A stretch of DNA of 64,000 bases from a virus. The first letter of the stretch is position 1. Each line of letters begins with the position of its first letter. The position numbers and the translations under genes are program-made. Positions 36,763 through 44,884 of this stretch are shown here, piece by piece. Under the pieces are notes generated by a model. It saw only the letters and a program-made list of their open reading frames with translations. It was not told where the DNA came from and ran no database searches. The DNA lies in the IMG/VR virus record IMGVR_UViG_3300045119_000370, positions 32,001-96,000 of that record; one strand, written 5' to 3'.

Positions 36763-37295
36763 GCAAGCGTCTCATGACGCGCGACAAGGCCGAGCAGACC
36801 AGCTTGTGCATATCCCGGGAACTGCGCATTGAGCGCGTCCGGCAGGCGGTGAATCTGTTGCATCAGTGTTTGCGGCCCGACCATGCGATCTGGTCGGTGC
36901 AGATACCCAAACAGCAACTCGACGCCGAGCCTGAAGATGGCGCGCCGCTGCTGGAACTCTGGTGCAGCGTGCTCGATGAACTCGATCAGCCCCGGCAGCT
37001 TGGGTCGGAACGATGTGTGGTAAGCAGTCATCTTGCGCAGATGCTCTTTGCCGATGGAGTAGCCGATGGTCTCGCTGGTGACCTCGATGATGCAGTCGAG
37101 TAGCACCTCGCCCCATGGTAGGATCACACCGTGCTGACCTAACTTCGTAGGTTCTGGCCCTACACTGGCGAGTGCTTTGGTGGCTGCGTCTTTGCGACGT
37201 TTTATGGCTTGCTCGACGGTGCGCAAGTCAGCTGCCGACAGCTTCGGCAGCTGGCTTAGGATCGCGGTTAGAGGGACGCCGGGAGCCTCGGCCAT
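36759..37295 (-). CDS. Hypothetical protein
   Basis: C-terminal FPGYAQAGLL; operonic. Confidence 0.65.
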   Translation of the reverse strand: MAEAPGVPLTAILSQLPKLSAADLRTVEQAIKRRKDAATKALASVGPEPTKLGQHGVILPWGEVLLDCIIEVTSETIGYSIGKEHLRKMTAYHTSFRPKLPGLIEFIEHAAPEFQQRRAIFRLGVELLFGYLHRPDRMVGPQTLMQQIHRLPDALNAQFPGYAQAGLLGLVARHETLA

Positions 37296-37301
37296 GGATG
37301 A

Positions 37302-37634
37302 CTACGCAGCGGTCCACTCGGCGAACGTCAGCCGCTTGATCGGCTGTTTGATCGGCTGTTTGACTGGTCGATGAGCAGGGACAGTATCGTCGTCCTTTAG
37401 ACGCTCGATCAGTGGGTAAGTGGGAACGTCATTCCTCTTTGCCCAAGCGAGGACGTCGTTGGGGACAAAGCGAATAGCTGGCCGCTTGCTGCCGGGAACT
37501 TCGAGCGCCGGCAGGCCACGTGTCTGCCGCCAAGTGATCACGGTCATCGAGGTCACCTTGAGCACACGACAAACGTCGGCCGTGGTCCACAGCGCGCGAA
37601 GCTGGTTCTGGAGTTGGCGGGTAGCAATGGTCAT
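37302..37634 (-). CDS. Excisionase/MerR-like HTH DNA-binding protein
   Basis: WTTADVCRVLKVTSMTVITWR..GLP....IRF..NDV.AW. Confidence 0.75.
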   Translation of the reverse strand: MTIATRQLQNQLRALWTTADVCRVLKVTSMTVITWRQTRGLPALEVPGSKRPAIRFVPNDVLAWAKRNDVPTYPLIERLKDDDTVPAHRPVKQPIKQPIKRLTFAEWTAA

Positions 37635-37708
37635 GGGTAGTTTTCCTTAATTTCAAGCCGCGCCGAAGCCCATAGATATTAGCGGTTTGGCCAATTTTCC
37701 AGCCCTTT

Positions 37709-37736
37709 TTGCAAACCCGGGCGGATCGGCTATAGT
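37709..37736 (+). promoter_or_regulatory. sigma70-like promoter
   Basis: TTGCAA-N16-TATAGT. Confidence 0.55.
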
Positions 37737-37741
37737 CGGGT

Positions 37742-38060
37742 CACGGGTCGGCGACTTTGCATTAGCACAACGAAGCACATAGCGATAGCCAAAAGACCCC
37801 GCAAACGACTGGACCGGGTGTGCCATTACGGTGGCGGTCGTGCGCTACATAGGTGCCTACCACGGGAAGCGTCCGAAGGCACCACGGTGGCCGTAGCAGC
37901 GGGCCGGGACGCGGGTCAGTGTTTACACTGATCTAAACCTCTGCCGCCGTAGCGATAGGGTGATATCGCTTAGGTGAGGAACCCTACTCGTACACTGATC
38001 ATTGACACTTAGTTGTCAGTGGCCATATCAGTGTACGGGTAGGGTGGCCTCGCCTTCGCT
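37742..38060 (+). ncRNA. Candidate highly structured noncoding RNA, or structured replication origin
   Basis: At least six helices including an ~35-bp interrupted hairpin at 37972-38055; the non-canonical pairs in the long stems are G-U on the + strand. Confidence 0.5.
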
Positions 38061-38153
38061 CCTGAATGATAGTGATAACGGTAATGGTAACGTAAGGGTA
38101 ACCGCGCACGCGAGGTAAAATACACTGACAGACAAACGAAAAGGTAAAATACC

Positions 38154-38627
38154 ATGGGAAATTCAGACGACACCAATCAGACAGATACCACCGAACAGGA
38201 AATTGACCGTTTCTTCGCAATCCTCGGCAAACTGGCTGGTCTGCAAAATACTGAAACCAAGCCGACAGCCGCCGACGCAGACGACAAGCCGCCCAAGTAC
38301 GAAGTGCACGAACTCGACCAGACCATGATCGACCGGCTCTTGCTCTCGCCCAGTGAACTGGAGAACGTCAAGGGCCGGCTGTTGGCGACCGGTGTCGGCG
38401 AGACCATCCGCCAGTTCGTCGACCACGAGCGTGAGCGTGCCAGCAACATCGGACTGGTCATGCTGGCAATCAACGAACTGGGAGCGATGATGCTTGGCTC
38501 GATGATCGCCCAGAGCGCCAAGGACAAGCCGGCGAGCGCCAAGCTCCACATCGCCATGGTCGGTGTGTTTTCACGCCATCTCAGTCAGGTCATCCAGCTG
38601 GGTTGGACCAAGGCCCGCCGCCGATGA
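38154..38627 (+). CDS. Hypothetical protein
   Basis: 157 aa; first gene of the rightward unit. Confidence 0.65.
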   Translation: MGNSDDTNQTDTTEQEIDRFFAILGKLAGLQNTETKPTAADADDKPPKYEVHELDQTMIDRLLLSPSELENVKGRLLATGVGETIRQFVDHERERASNIGLVMLAINELGAMMLGSMIAQSAKDKPASAKLHIAMVGVFSRHLSQVIQLGWTKARRR

Positions 38628-38995
38628 GCACACTGAAGACGACAGCAGAGGAAAGGGCCGCGTGGTGGGACAGAGTTCGCGGGGCTTATGGCGGCGTCAA
38701 CCGTCACCCTGAGCTACCCTTCCAGAGCTTGGACGAAGCTGAGCGCTGTCTCAGCGACCTCGACTGCACTCTCACCGAGAATGCCAGTCTGACCAAACTG
38801 GTCTTCGAGCGGGCCGAGCGGATTACCGAGCTTGAGACCATGACCCGACATCTCGCCGACGCACTGGCACGGTGTTGTGATGATTTCGCCAAGCTGGTCG
38901 CCCTCGACCGGATCATCGACGAAAAGCACGACAAGATCGAAACCATACTTGCTCAAGTGGAAGCGCGCCGGCAGAAGAAAGGCAAACCATCGTGA
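38624..38995 (+). CDS. Coiled-coil hypothetical protein
   Basis: ATGA coupling. Confidence 0.6.
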   Translation: MSTLKTTAEERAAWWDRVRGAYGGVNRHPELPFQSLDEAERCLSDLDCTLTENASLTKLVFERAERITELETMTRHLADALARCCDDFAKLVALDRIIDEKHDKIETILAQVEARRQKKGKPS

Positions 38996-39216
38996 GCGAC
39001 AAGTACGAGATCGGCGACCTCGTCGTCTACCAGTACGGACAGGTGCGTTTCGCCGGCACGGTCATCGCTGTCGGCCGTGCCCTCGACGCCGATACCGGTG
39101 CGCCGCTGCAAAGCAACGATGGTCTCCGCTACATCGTCCAGCAGATGTCGACCGGCGTCCTGCACGTCTACAGCGGACGCAATCTGGTGCCATGGGATGT
39201 GGCCCCGGACCCTTGA
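38992..39216 (+). CDS. Small SH3/KOW-like protein
   Basis: KYEIGDLV...FAGTVIAV...RYIVQ..GVLHVYS..NL. Confidence 0.6.
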   Translation: MSDKYEIGDLVVYQYGQVRFAGTVIAVGRALDADTGAPLQSNDGLRYIVQQMSTGVLHVYSGRNLVPWDVAPDP

Positions 39217-39304
39217 ACATATTAACCGATGCACCAGATATGGTAGCGGTGCGTCGGGTTCTCATGGACGATGCACCATGCCTTAGTGTTGCACCCTCGC
39301 GTAG

Positions 39305-39347
39305 CCCGGCAGCGGCCCCTCCCCCTCCGCTGCCGGGTTTTCTTTTT
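39305..39347 (+). terminator. Intrinsic terminator with C-rich loop
   Basis: CCCGGCAGCGG/CCGCTGCCGGG + TTTTCTTTTT. Confidence 0.85.
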
Positions 39348-39350
39348 CCG

Positions 39351-39393
39351 CTTAGTCCCGTTTAGTATCACTGAGTACCACTTAGTCCCGTTT
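39351..39393. repeat. 13-bp direct repeat CTTAGTCCCGTTT x2, 30-bp period
   Basis: Copies at 39351-39363 and 39381-39393, upstream of a CTTGAC box at 39413. Confidence 0.7.
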
Positions 39394-39525
39394 TAGGATT
39401 GATCAACTTTCGCTTGACGGACGCTTTCGAACAGGCATAGCCTTGTGATGGTGCGGCAACCGCCCACCCGCTCAACGTTGTCACGAGCCGTGACAAGTCA
39501 GGGGCGTTCCAGTAAGGAGTTTGCC

Positions 39526-39915
39526 ATGAACTTCCTTAGTGCAATCGAGACCATCAGCGGCATCGCCGACAGGACCGGCGTCAAGGACATCAATCAGGTT
39601 TTCGCTGTCATCAAGGAGGTTGAGGCGTTCCACGCCAAGGAGCACTCGGAGCGTTCGGCTTCGCCCGACGACAAAGCCAAGGTCGCCTCGCTCTTCGATT
39701 CGCTCGACGGCGCAATCGTTGAACTTAAAGACATACCGATGAAGGATATCGTCTCTCGTGCCGGCGCGCGCGACAATCAGGGTGTGCGCATGCATGCCAA
39801 GCGTGATCTCGCCAAGCGCCTGTTGACGTATACCAAGCCTGCCGAGCCGGCCAATGCGGAAGAGGCAGATACCGATCCGGCATTACGGCCGGTGAAGAAG
39901 TCGGCCAGCAAGTAA
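39526..39915 (+). CDS. Hypothetical protein
   Basis: SD TAAGGAG. Confidence 0.7.
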   Translation: MNFLSAIETISGIADRTGVKDINQVFAVIKEVEAFHAKEHSERSASPDDKAKVASLFDSLDGAIVELKDIPMKDIVSRAGARDNQGVRMHAKRDLAKRLLTYTKPAEPANAEEADTDPALRPVKKSASK

Positions 39916-39993
39916 ATCGTCCATATCCGAGAGGAAGGGGAGTGGGGCTTGCGCCCCGCTCCCTCCTTGCGTTGAAATCATGGAGGAACGTCA

Positions 39994-40839
39994 ATGGACG
40001 ATCTCAAGCAGCAGGCGCAAAGGCTGAAGGTTCTGTGGAAGAGCGGTCGCGATAAGTACGCATCGTTTTTCACTGTGTTGCGTGAAGTCAGGACGGTCGT
40101 CGGCGACGCCAAATTGTACAACTGGTGCTTTGACGAACTGCGCATCGCTTTGCCGGTTATCATGCGCTATCGCGATTTGCTGACCGAGACCGACGATCAA
40201 ATCGTCAAGGACGAGTTGGCAGCTGCCACTGCGGTGGAGAAGAAGGAGCGCGAAGAAGCCAAGTTTCAGGCCGCACTCGAAAAGGCTCGCAAGGCAAAGC
40301 TGGTTGCCGAAGCCAAGGCCGAAGCCGCACGTGCCAAGGCGGCGTCGAAGGTCGAGGTGGCGCGTCTCAACACTGAGAAAAAGAAGGTCGAGGACACCGA
40401 GAAGGATCGACAGCGCAAGCGGGCGAGCAATACTGAGCGAGGCCCGGCCGCCAATGCCAAACGACGACGACGTGAGTTCACGTCGGGTCTTTCCGATGTC
40501 ACGCTTGCCGAGTTGGAGAAGCGGTTCGCCGCCGCCGACAAGGTGTGCACTGACAGCCTCATATCGTGGACCGAGGGGTCGATAACCAAGGCACTGGTTC
40601 TGGCGGCGGCGAGAGAAAAGTTACGCGCCGACCAAGATTTCGGGGCGTGGGTAGATCGGTTTTCTAACGCTAGAAAACCGAGCGTTCAGGACCGCGCTGC
40701 ACTGGTTAGTCTTGGTCGTCTCGGCGAAGCGCGCCTGCGTGAAATCCTGATGAGCACTGAGAGTCGGTCGTACCAGTTGATCTGGGAGAAGAACAAGCCG
40801 AAGCTCGAACTGGTCGAGGACGAAGCGGCAGTCTCGTGA
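39994..40839 (+). CDS. Coiled-coil protein with two DUF3102-like helical modules
   Basis: VLREVR..GD..LYNWC and VLAAARE..DQDFGAWV flank an AKE-rich coil; SD GGAGG. Confidence 0.6.
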   Translation: MDDLKQQAQRLKVLWKSGRDKYASFFTVLREVRTVVGDAKLYNWCFDELRIALPVIMRYRDLLTETDDQIVKDELAAATAVEKKEREEAKFQAALEKARKAKLVAEAKAEAARAKAASKVEVARLNTEKKKVEDTEKDRQRKRASNTERGPAANAKRRRREFTSGLSDVTLAELEKRFAAADKVCTDSLISWTEGSITKALVLAAAREKLRADQDFGAWVDRFSNARKPSVQDRAALVSLGRLGEARLREILMSTESRSYQLIWEKNKPKLELVEDEAAVS

Positions 40840-41114
40840 ATCGACCAACCCCGGACGCCGAGATGAACCTGCGCTTCGCGTGGGCAGTGTTGATGCTCGG
40901 CATGAACCAGCACGACGTCGCCGCACTGTTTGGCGTCAATGGTGGGCGGGTGGCGGAAGCGGTGCAAGCCGTGCGCCGAGCGATCCACGAACCGCTCCGC
41001 GTCGCCAAGCTGCCGCCCACCCTCGACGAGCTACAGGAGATTCTGAACCTGCCTGAACCGGACGTGAAGGTGCTGCCGGACGGGACGACCGCGCCAATGG
41101 AGGGGAGTGCGTAA
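40836..41114 (+). CDS. HTH protein
   Basis: GMNQHDVAALFGVNGGRVAE. Confidence 0.7.
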   Translation: MNRPTPDAEMNLRFAWAVLMLGMNQHDVAALFGVNGGRVAEAVQAVRRAIHEPLRVAKLPPTLDELQEILNLPEPDVKVLPDGTTAPMEGSA

Positions 41115-41116
41115 CC

Positions 41117-41347
41117 ATGCCGATGGTCTTCATTCAGAACCCGCAGCGGCTTAAGGACGAACTGGGCTTTTCGGGCATCGGCCCGGAGGACAGGCCGAAG
41201 CCCGGTGATCTGCCTACGGCAGGAGAAGTCTTTGCCGTCATGTCGCGTGTACGGGTGGACAAGGCTACCACCACCATTACTCGCGGGACGCCTGTCCGCC
41301 GCCCGCGCAAGAGCAAGCGTATACGGCCGGCGCGTCCCGCCGATTAA
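41117..41347 (+). CDS. Hypothetical basic protein
   Basis: SD GGGGAG. Confidence 0.5.
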   Translation: MPMVFIQNPQRLKDELGFSGIGPEDRPKPGDLPTAGEVFAVMSRVRVDKATTTITRGTPVRRPRKSKRIRPARPAD

Positions 41348-41613
41348 GTGGTGGCGTCCTCGACGATTACGCCGGCCGCCTCCATGTAGCGTTTGATGCC
41401 CTCGTAGTCGCCCTGTTGCTGCTCGGCCAGTTCGTCGGCCGAGCAGGGCATCCCCGCCACGTAGGGCATGCGCGCCGTCAGGACGAGCTTGTTGTTGCCG
41501 CGCTTGGTGAACATCAGCCCACTGCGCGGAACACCCCAGACGCCGCCGTCGGCGATGATCCTGAAGTGGTTGCGGGACCATTCGATGTGGTCGGGATCGA
41601 GCTTGTCGGTCAT
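41344..41613 (-). CDS. Hypothetical protein
   Basis: DGGVWGVPRSGLMF motif; coupled to the upstream gene. Confidence 0.65.
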   Translation of the reverse strand: MTDKLDPDHIEWSRNHFRIIADGGVWGVPRSGLMFTKRGNNKLVLTARMPYVAGMPCSADELAEQQQGDYEGIKRYMEAAGVIVEDATT

Positions 41614-41933
41614 GGCTGGTTCTCGTCTGATTCTGGGATGGGCCAGAAGCCGAAGTCGGAGCCGTCGCCTTCATGTGCGCCGAAGCACAGACCATGCTGG
41701 GCGGCGATCTCGTCGAGGGAGTCTTCCAGTTCAGCCACTATTTCGCTGGCTTCGTCGCCATCGATGATATTGGTGGTCATGGCTTGCACCGCTTCGAACG
41801 CTTCCATGACCAGCTTGGCGTTGCCCTCGCCGCTGCCGTAGGTGTTGAGCGCGTCGGCAAAGGCGACGAGCAGGTCTTCAGTACGGAGGGTGCCGTGGCT
41901 GATGGTGCCGACGGTGGGGATAAGTGTGGTCAT
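41610..41933 (-). CDS. Conserved phage hypothetical protein
   Basis: GTISHGTLRTEDL...FGAHEGDGSDFGFW; GAAGGGA then ATG ACC. Confidence 0.7.
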   Translation of the reverse strand: MTTLIPTVGTISHGTLRTEDLLVAFADALNTYGSGEGNAKLVMEAFEAVQAMTTNIIDGDEASEIVAELEDSLDEIAAQHGLCFGAHEGDGSDFGFWPIPESDENQP

Positions 41934-41977
41934 TTCCTGTTCCCTTCCTGTGAGTAACCTGTGCTCACACTTGGTCT

Positions 41978-42006
41978 CTTGTAAAGCCGATTACAAGCCC
42001 TATCTT
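41978..42006. promoter_or_regulatory. Promoter with CTTGTAA-N6-TTACAAG inverted repeat between divergent genes
   Basis: TTGTAA-N16-TATCTT on +; a second CTTGTAA on -. Confidence 0.55.
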
Positions 42007-42031
42007 GGCTGGGCCAGACGGGAGAATTCAA

Positions 42032-42481
42032 ATGCTGACGCTCAATGACATTGGTCTGCACGAGCAGGTGTTCACTCACGTGTACGAGGGTGTCGCCACC
42101 ATGGTGGCCGCCGAGCGTATGCAGAAGTCGGACGAGTACAAGGCACTGGAGATCGTGGTCACTCCGGTCGAGGAGCACTTCGCCAAATGGTGCATGGAGA
42201 ATCGCGGCATCGAGCAGCGCCGGTTGGACCGGATCACACTGCAACACTTGATTATCAGCCCGCTCTGTTACTGCGAGTTCCCGCGCCCGGAGTCGCTCGG
42301 TGGCGGTATGGCGCATATGCTGACCGACGGCAACCATCGTTACGTCAAGGCGTCGATGCTGGGCATGTTGGCGCTGCCGGCACGCGTCGCACCTGAGACA
42401 CTGTGGCGGAAGTTTCAGGTCGATGGCATCCCGGTCGAGATCGCCGAGTTCTTCGTCGAGAACGATTCTGGTATCCCTTGA
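42032..42481 (+). CDS. ParB/Srx-like domain protein
   Basis: MLTDGNHRYVKA motif. Confidence 0.5.
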   Translation: MLTLNDIGLHEQVFTHVYEGVATMVAAERMQKSDEYKALEIVVTPVEEHFAKWCMENRGIEQRRLDRITLQHLIISPLCYCEFPRPESLGGGMAHMLTDGNHRYVKASMLGMLALPARVAPETLWRKFQVDGIPVEIAEFFVENDSGIP

Positions 42482-42533
42482 GCATTGCCAAACCGACACG
42501 AGGCGTTTAGGCTTATCGACGAGAGGACACATC

Positions 42534-42779
42534 ATGGTAATCAAGGGACACCGTAACTTCGGTCTGAAGCTTGGTGCGACCGGCACCTTCCCGAAAGGGA
42601 AGCTGGACGAGACCGACGAGGGCGCACTTACCTTTGCTGTGGCACGTGATGGTGACAACGTGCGCATAGATTTCGGTACCCCGGTGGCGTGGCTGGTCTG
42701 CCCGTTGGAGACCGCCATCGACTTTGCCAAGGCACTGCTCAGTGCGTCCGGCGTCACCTACCAGATCGACGATGAGTGA
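42534..42779 (+). CDS. Conserved phage hypothetical protein
   Basis: LGATGTFPKGKL...DEG.L....VRIDFGTPVAW. Confidence 0.65.
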   Translation: MVIKGHRNFGLKLGATGTFPKGKLDETDEGALTFAVARDGDNVRIDFGTPVAWLVCPLETAIDFAKALLSASGVTYQIDDE

Positions 42780-42878
42780 GGTTTCGGCATGGTTGGCACT
42801 TTCCATGCCGGAAAGGCGGGACCGGCCAACGCCCCCTAAGCTACCGCCGGTCCCGTTCTTCCCTCTTGGAGTTGGTAG

Positions 42879-43160
42879 ATGACTGAGAATCCTGCAATGA
42901 CCGATGGTCCGATGTTCCCCGGTCGCACGTGTATCAGCTGCGGCAAGCTCAACGACCAAGCGACCGACCCTTTGGAGGAGGTGCAGCCGAAACCCGGCGA
43001 CGTCTCGATCTGTTTTTACTGTGGGCATATCGCTGTATTCACTCTCGACTTGACACTGCGTGAACCCAATTTGGAGGAGGCGCGCGACATTGCCGGTAAC
43101 CCCGAAATACTGAGTTATCAGCGCGCCCGTGCGGCGGCCATGGCAGAGTGGAAAAAATGA
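42879..43160 (+). CDS. Zn-ribbon protein
   Basis: CISC...PKPGDVSICFYCG. Confidence 0.65.
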   Translation: MTENPAMTDGPMFPGRTCISCGKLNDQATDPLEEVQPKPGDVSICFYCGHIAVFTLDLTLREPNLEEARDIAGNPEILSYQRARAAAMAEWKK

Positions 43161-43540
43161 CTGACGAGCAGTTCGACCCGGTCGTGAGTGTGTCGAAGAG
43201 CTATCAGCGCAGGACCGACGCCGAGCTTGAGCAGCTGGCGCAGGACATCATTGCGGGCAAGGTCTTCACCTCGATGCAGGTCGAGCACACCAGCCAAATC
43301 CCCATGGTGTTCATGATTATGTCGTTCCTCAGTGCGGACGACGTCGAGTGGATGAAGGCGCACGGCATCAGTTTCATGTACGAGTACATGGACAAGGCGA
43401 GTCCGCGCTCGGTCAACGGCTACCCGTGTTTCTTGTCCATGCAGTATCTCGACGGCAAGGACGCTGATAGGCTCGGTAGGCGCTACGACGAGATCAAGAA
43501 CTTTTTAGCCGCACGCACGGTTGGAGATTCCAAGCCGTGA
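43157..43540 (+). CDS. Hypothetical protein
   Basis: YEY..KASPRSVNGYPCF.S. Confidence 0.65.
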   Translation: MTDEQFDPVVSVSKSYQRRTDAELEQLAQDIIAGKVFTSMQVEHTSQIPMVFMIMSFLSADDVEWMKAHGISFMYEYMDKASPRSVNGYPCFLSMQYLDGKDADRLGRRYDEIKNFLAARTVGDSKP

Positions 43541-43806
43541 ACGTAGAAACCGATCTCAAGGTGGGCGACGTCGTCACGGTCAAAGGCAACGCTCTTTTCC
43601 CGGACGATATTTTTCAGTCGAAGATCGTCTCCATTGGTCAGTACCCCTCGATGTGGTTGCCGTTCGGCGAGAAGCGTTGGGGCGCAACTTTCGAGGCGAC
43701 GTCGCTGGACGAGGACGGCAAGAACCCGATGGTCTACGAATCGTCACCGATGCGCGCCGAGCAGTTTTGGTGGTTCGCCGATCACTGGGAGATACAGCTG
43801 CGATGA
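43537..43806 (+). CDS. Hypothetical protein
   Basis: GTGA coupling. Confidence 0.55.
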   Translation: MNVETDLKVGDVVTVKGNALFPDDIFQSKIVSIGQYPSMWLPFGEKRWGATFEATSLDEDGKNPMVYESSPMRAEQFWWFADHWEIQLR

Positions 43807-44246
43807 TCCTGAGCATGGAGTCGATCTACGCACGCAAGCCGTTGACGCCAATCGTAGCCAAAGGCTATCAGAACGGACTGTCTTACGGTTTGTCGAACGC
43901 CAGCTACGACGTGCGCATCGATCAGAACATGGTCCTGTGGCCCGGCCGCTTCGCGCTCGCCTCTACCATCGAGGTGTTCAGTATGCCGGACGATCTCGCT
44001 GGTGTCGTCATGGACAAGAGCACCAACGCACGGCGTGGACTGTGCGTGCAGAACACGTTCATCGACCCGGGCTTCCGTGGCTGGCTGACCGTCGAACTGA
44101 CCAATCACTCATGGCGCTTCATCCGCTTGCAGCAAGGCGACGCCATTGCGCAGGTCGTCTTTCACCAGCTGGATCATCCGACCAAGGGCTATTCCGGCAA
44201 GTATCAGGACCAGCAGCGTGGCGCGCAGTTCCCGAGGTTCTCATGA
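43803..44246 (+). CDS. dcd: dCTP deaminase (dUTPase superfamily)
   Basis: SYGLSNASYDVRI, DKSTNARRG, IDPGFRG.LTVEL.N, IAQ, YSGKYQDQ. Confidence 0.88.
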   Translation: MILSMESIYARKPLTPIVAKGYQNGLSYGLSNASYDVRIDQNMVLWPGRFALASTIEVFSMPDDLAGVVMDKSTNARRGLCVQNTFIDPGFRGWLTVELTNHSWRFIRLQQGDAIAQVVFHQLDHPTKGYSGKYQDQQRGAQFPRFS

Positions 44247-44461
44247 CCCGTATAGAACACTTAGCATGGTGCAAGCAGCGCGCACTCGAATATCTCGACC
44301 GTGGCGACCTGACCAACGCGCTCTCTTCGATGATGTCGGACATGCGTAAGCACCCGGAGAATGCCGGCGCGATTCAGGGTATGCTACCCATGGTGGGGAT
44401 GCTGGCGGTACAGCAGCACGACCGTGAAGGGCTGCGTTATTGGATAGAGGGATTTAACTGA
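44243..44461 (+). CDS. Conserved phage hypothetical protein
   Basis: RIEHLAWCKQRALEYLD..D...SMMSDMRKHPE...WIEGFN. Confidence 0.7.
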   Translation: MTRIEHLAWCKQRALEYLDRGDLTNALSSMMSDMRKHPENAGAIQGMLPMVGMLAVQQHDREGLRYWIEGFN

Positions 44462-44664
44462 TGGCGACCGACCGCATGATGCAGTTCTTCGAGTACAAGC
44501 ACTTGCCCGAGCACTTGCAGATCGTCTCGGCGCGCTTCTCCGAATTGGCCACGTGGATGGTCGACATGCTGCCGCAGAACGCCGAGCGCACCGCCGGCTT
44601 GCGCAAGCTGTTGGAGGCCAAGGACTGCGCCGTGCGCGCCAAGCTCTACAAGGAACCCGAATGA
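44461..44664 (+). CDS. Small helical-hairpin protein (possible Acb2/Tad1-like)
   Basis: FFEYKHLPEHLQ.VS..F...PQNAERTAGLRKLLEAKDCAVRA. Confidence 0.65.
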   Translation: MATDRMMQFFEYKHLPEHLQIVSARFSELATWMVDMLPQNAERTAGLRKLLEAKDCAVRAKLYKEPE

Positions 44665-44668
44665 GTTT

Positions 44669-44867
44669 CCGACGAATGTCGGTCATGGTGGGCGGCCACA
44701 CCGCCCCTTCTAGCTAGGGAGCCTCAAAGATTCTTTTGCCGGATTCGGTTGTGAGCATCACAACGCGAATCCCTCTCAGTCATCCAACTGAGAATACTGG
44801 AATGCCGCCTGAGCCAAGGCGGTCGTGTGCGAATCCCTCCCCGGACCCGCCCTGACTGTCTTGGCTC
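44669..44867 (+). ncRNA. Candidate structured leader/ncRNA upstream of primase
   Basis: Five hairpins, a duplicated GCGAATCCCTC and loop-downstream complementarity. Confidence 0.35.
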
Positions 44868-44884
44868 TTTTCCCCGAGCTATCA

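Noticed and set aside
37302-37634. Excisionase implying an integrated prophage
   Set aside because: No integrase, att site, repressor or host genes seen; this HTH family is also common in lytic phages
37742-38060. Retron msr/msd, group II intron or tRNA/tmRNA
   Set aside because: No RT gene nearby, no recognisable domain V or cloverleaf/T-loop; kept only as an unclassified structured element
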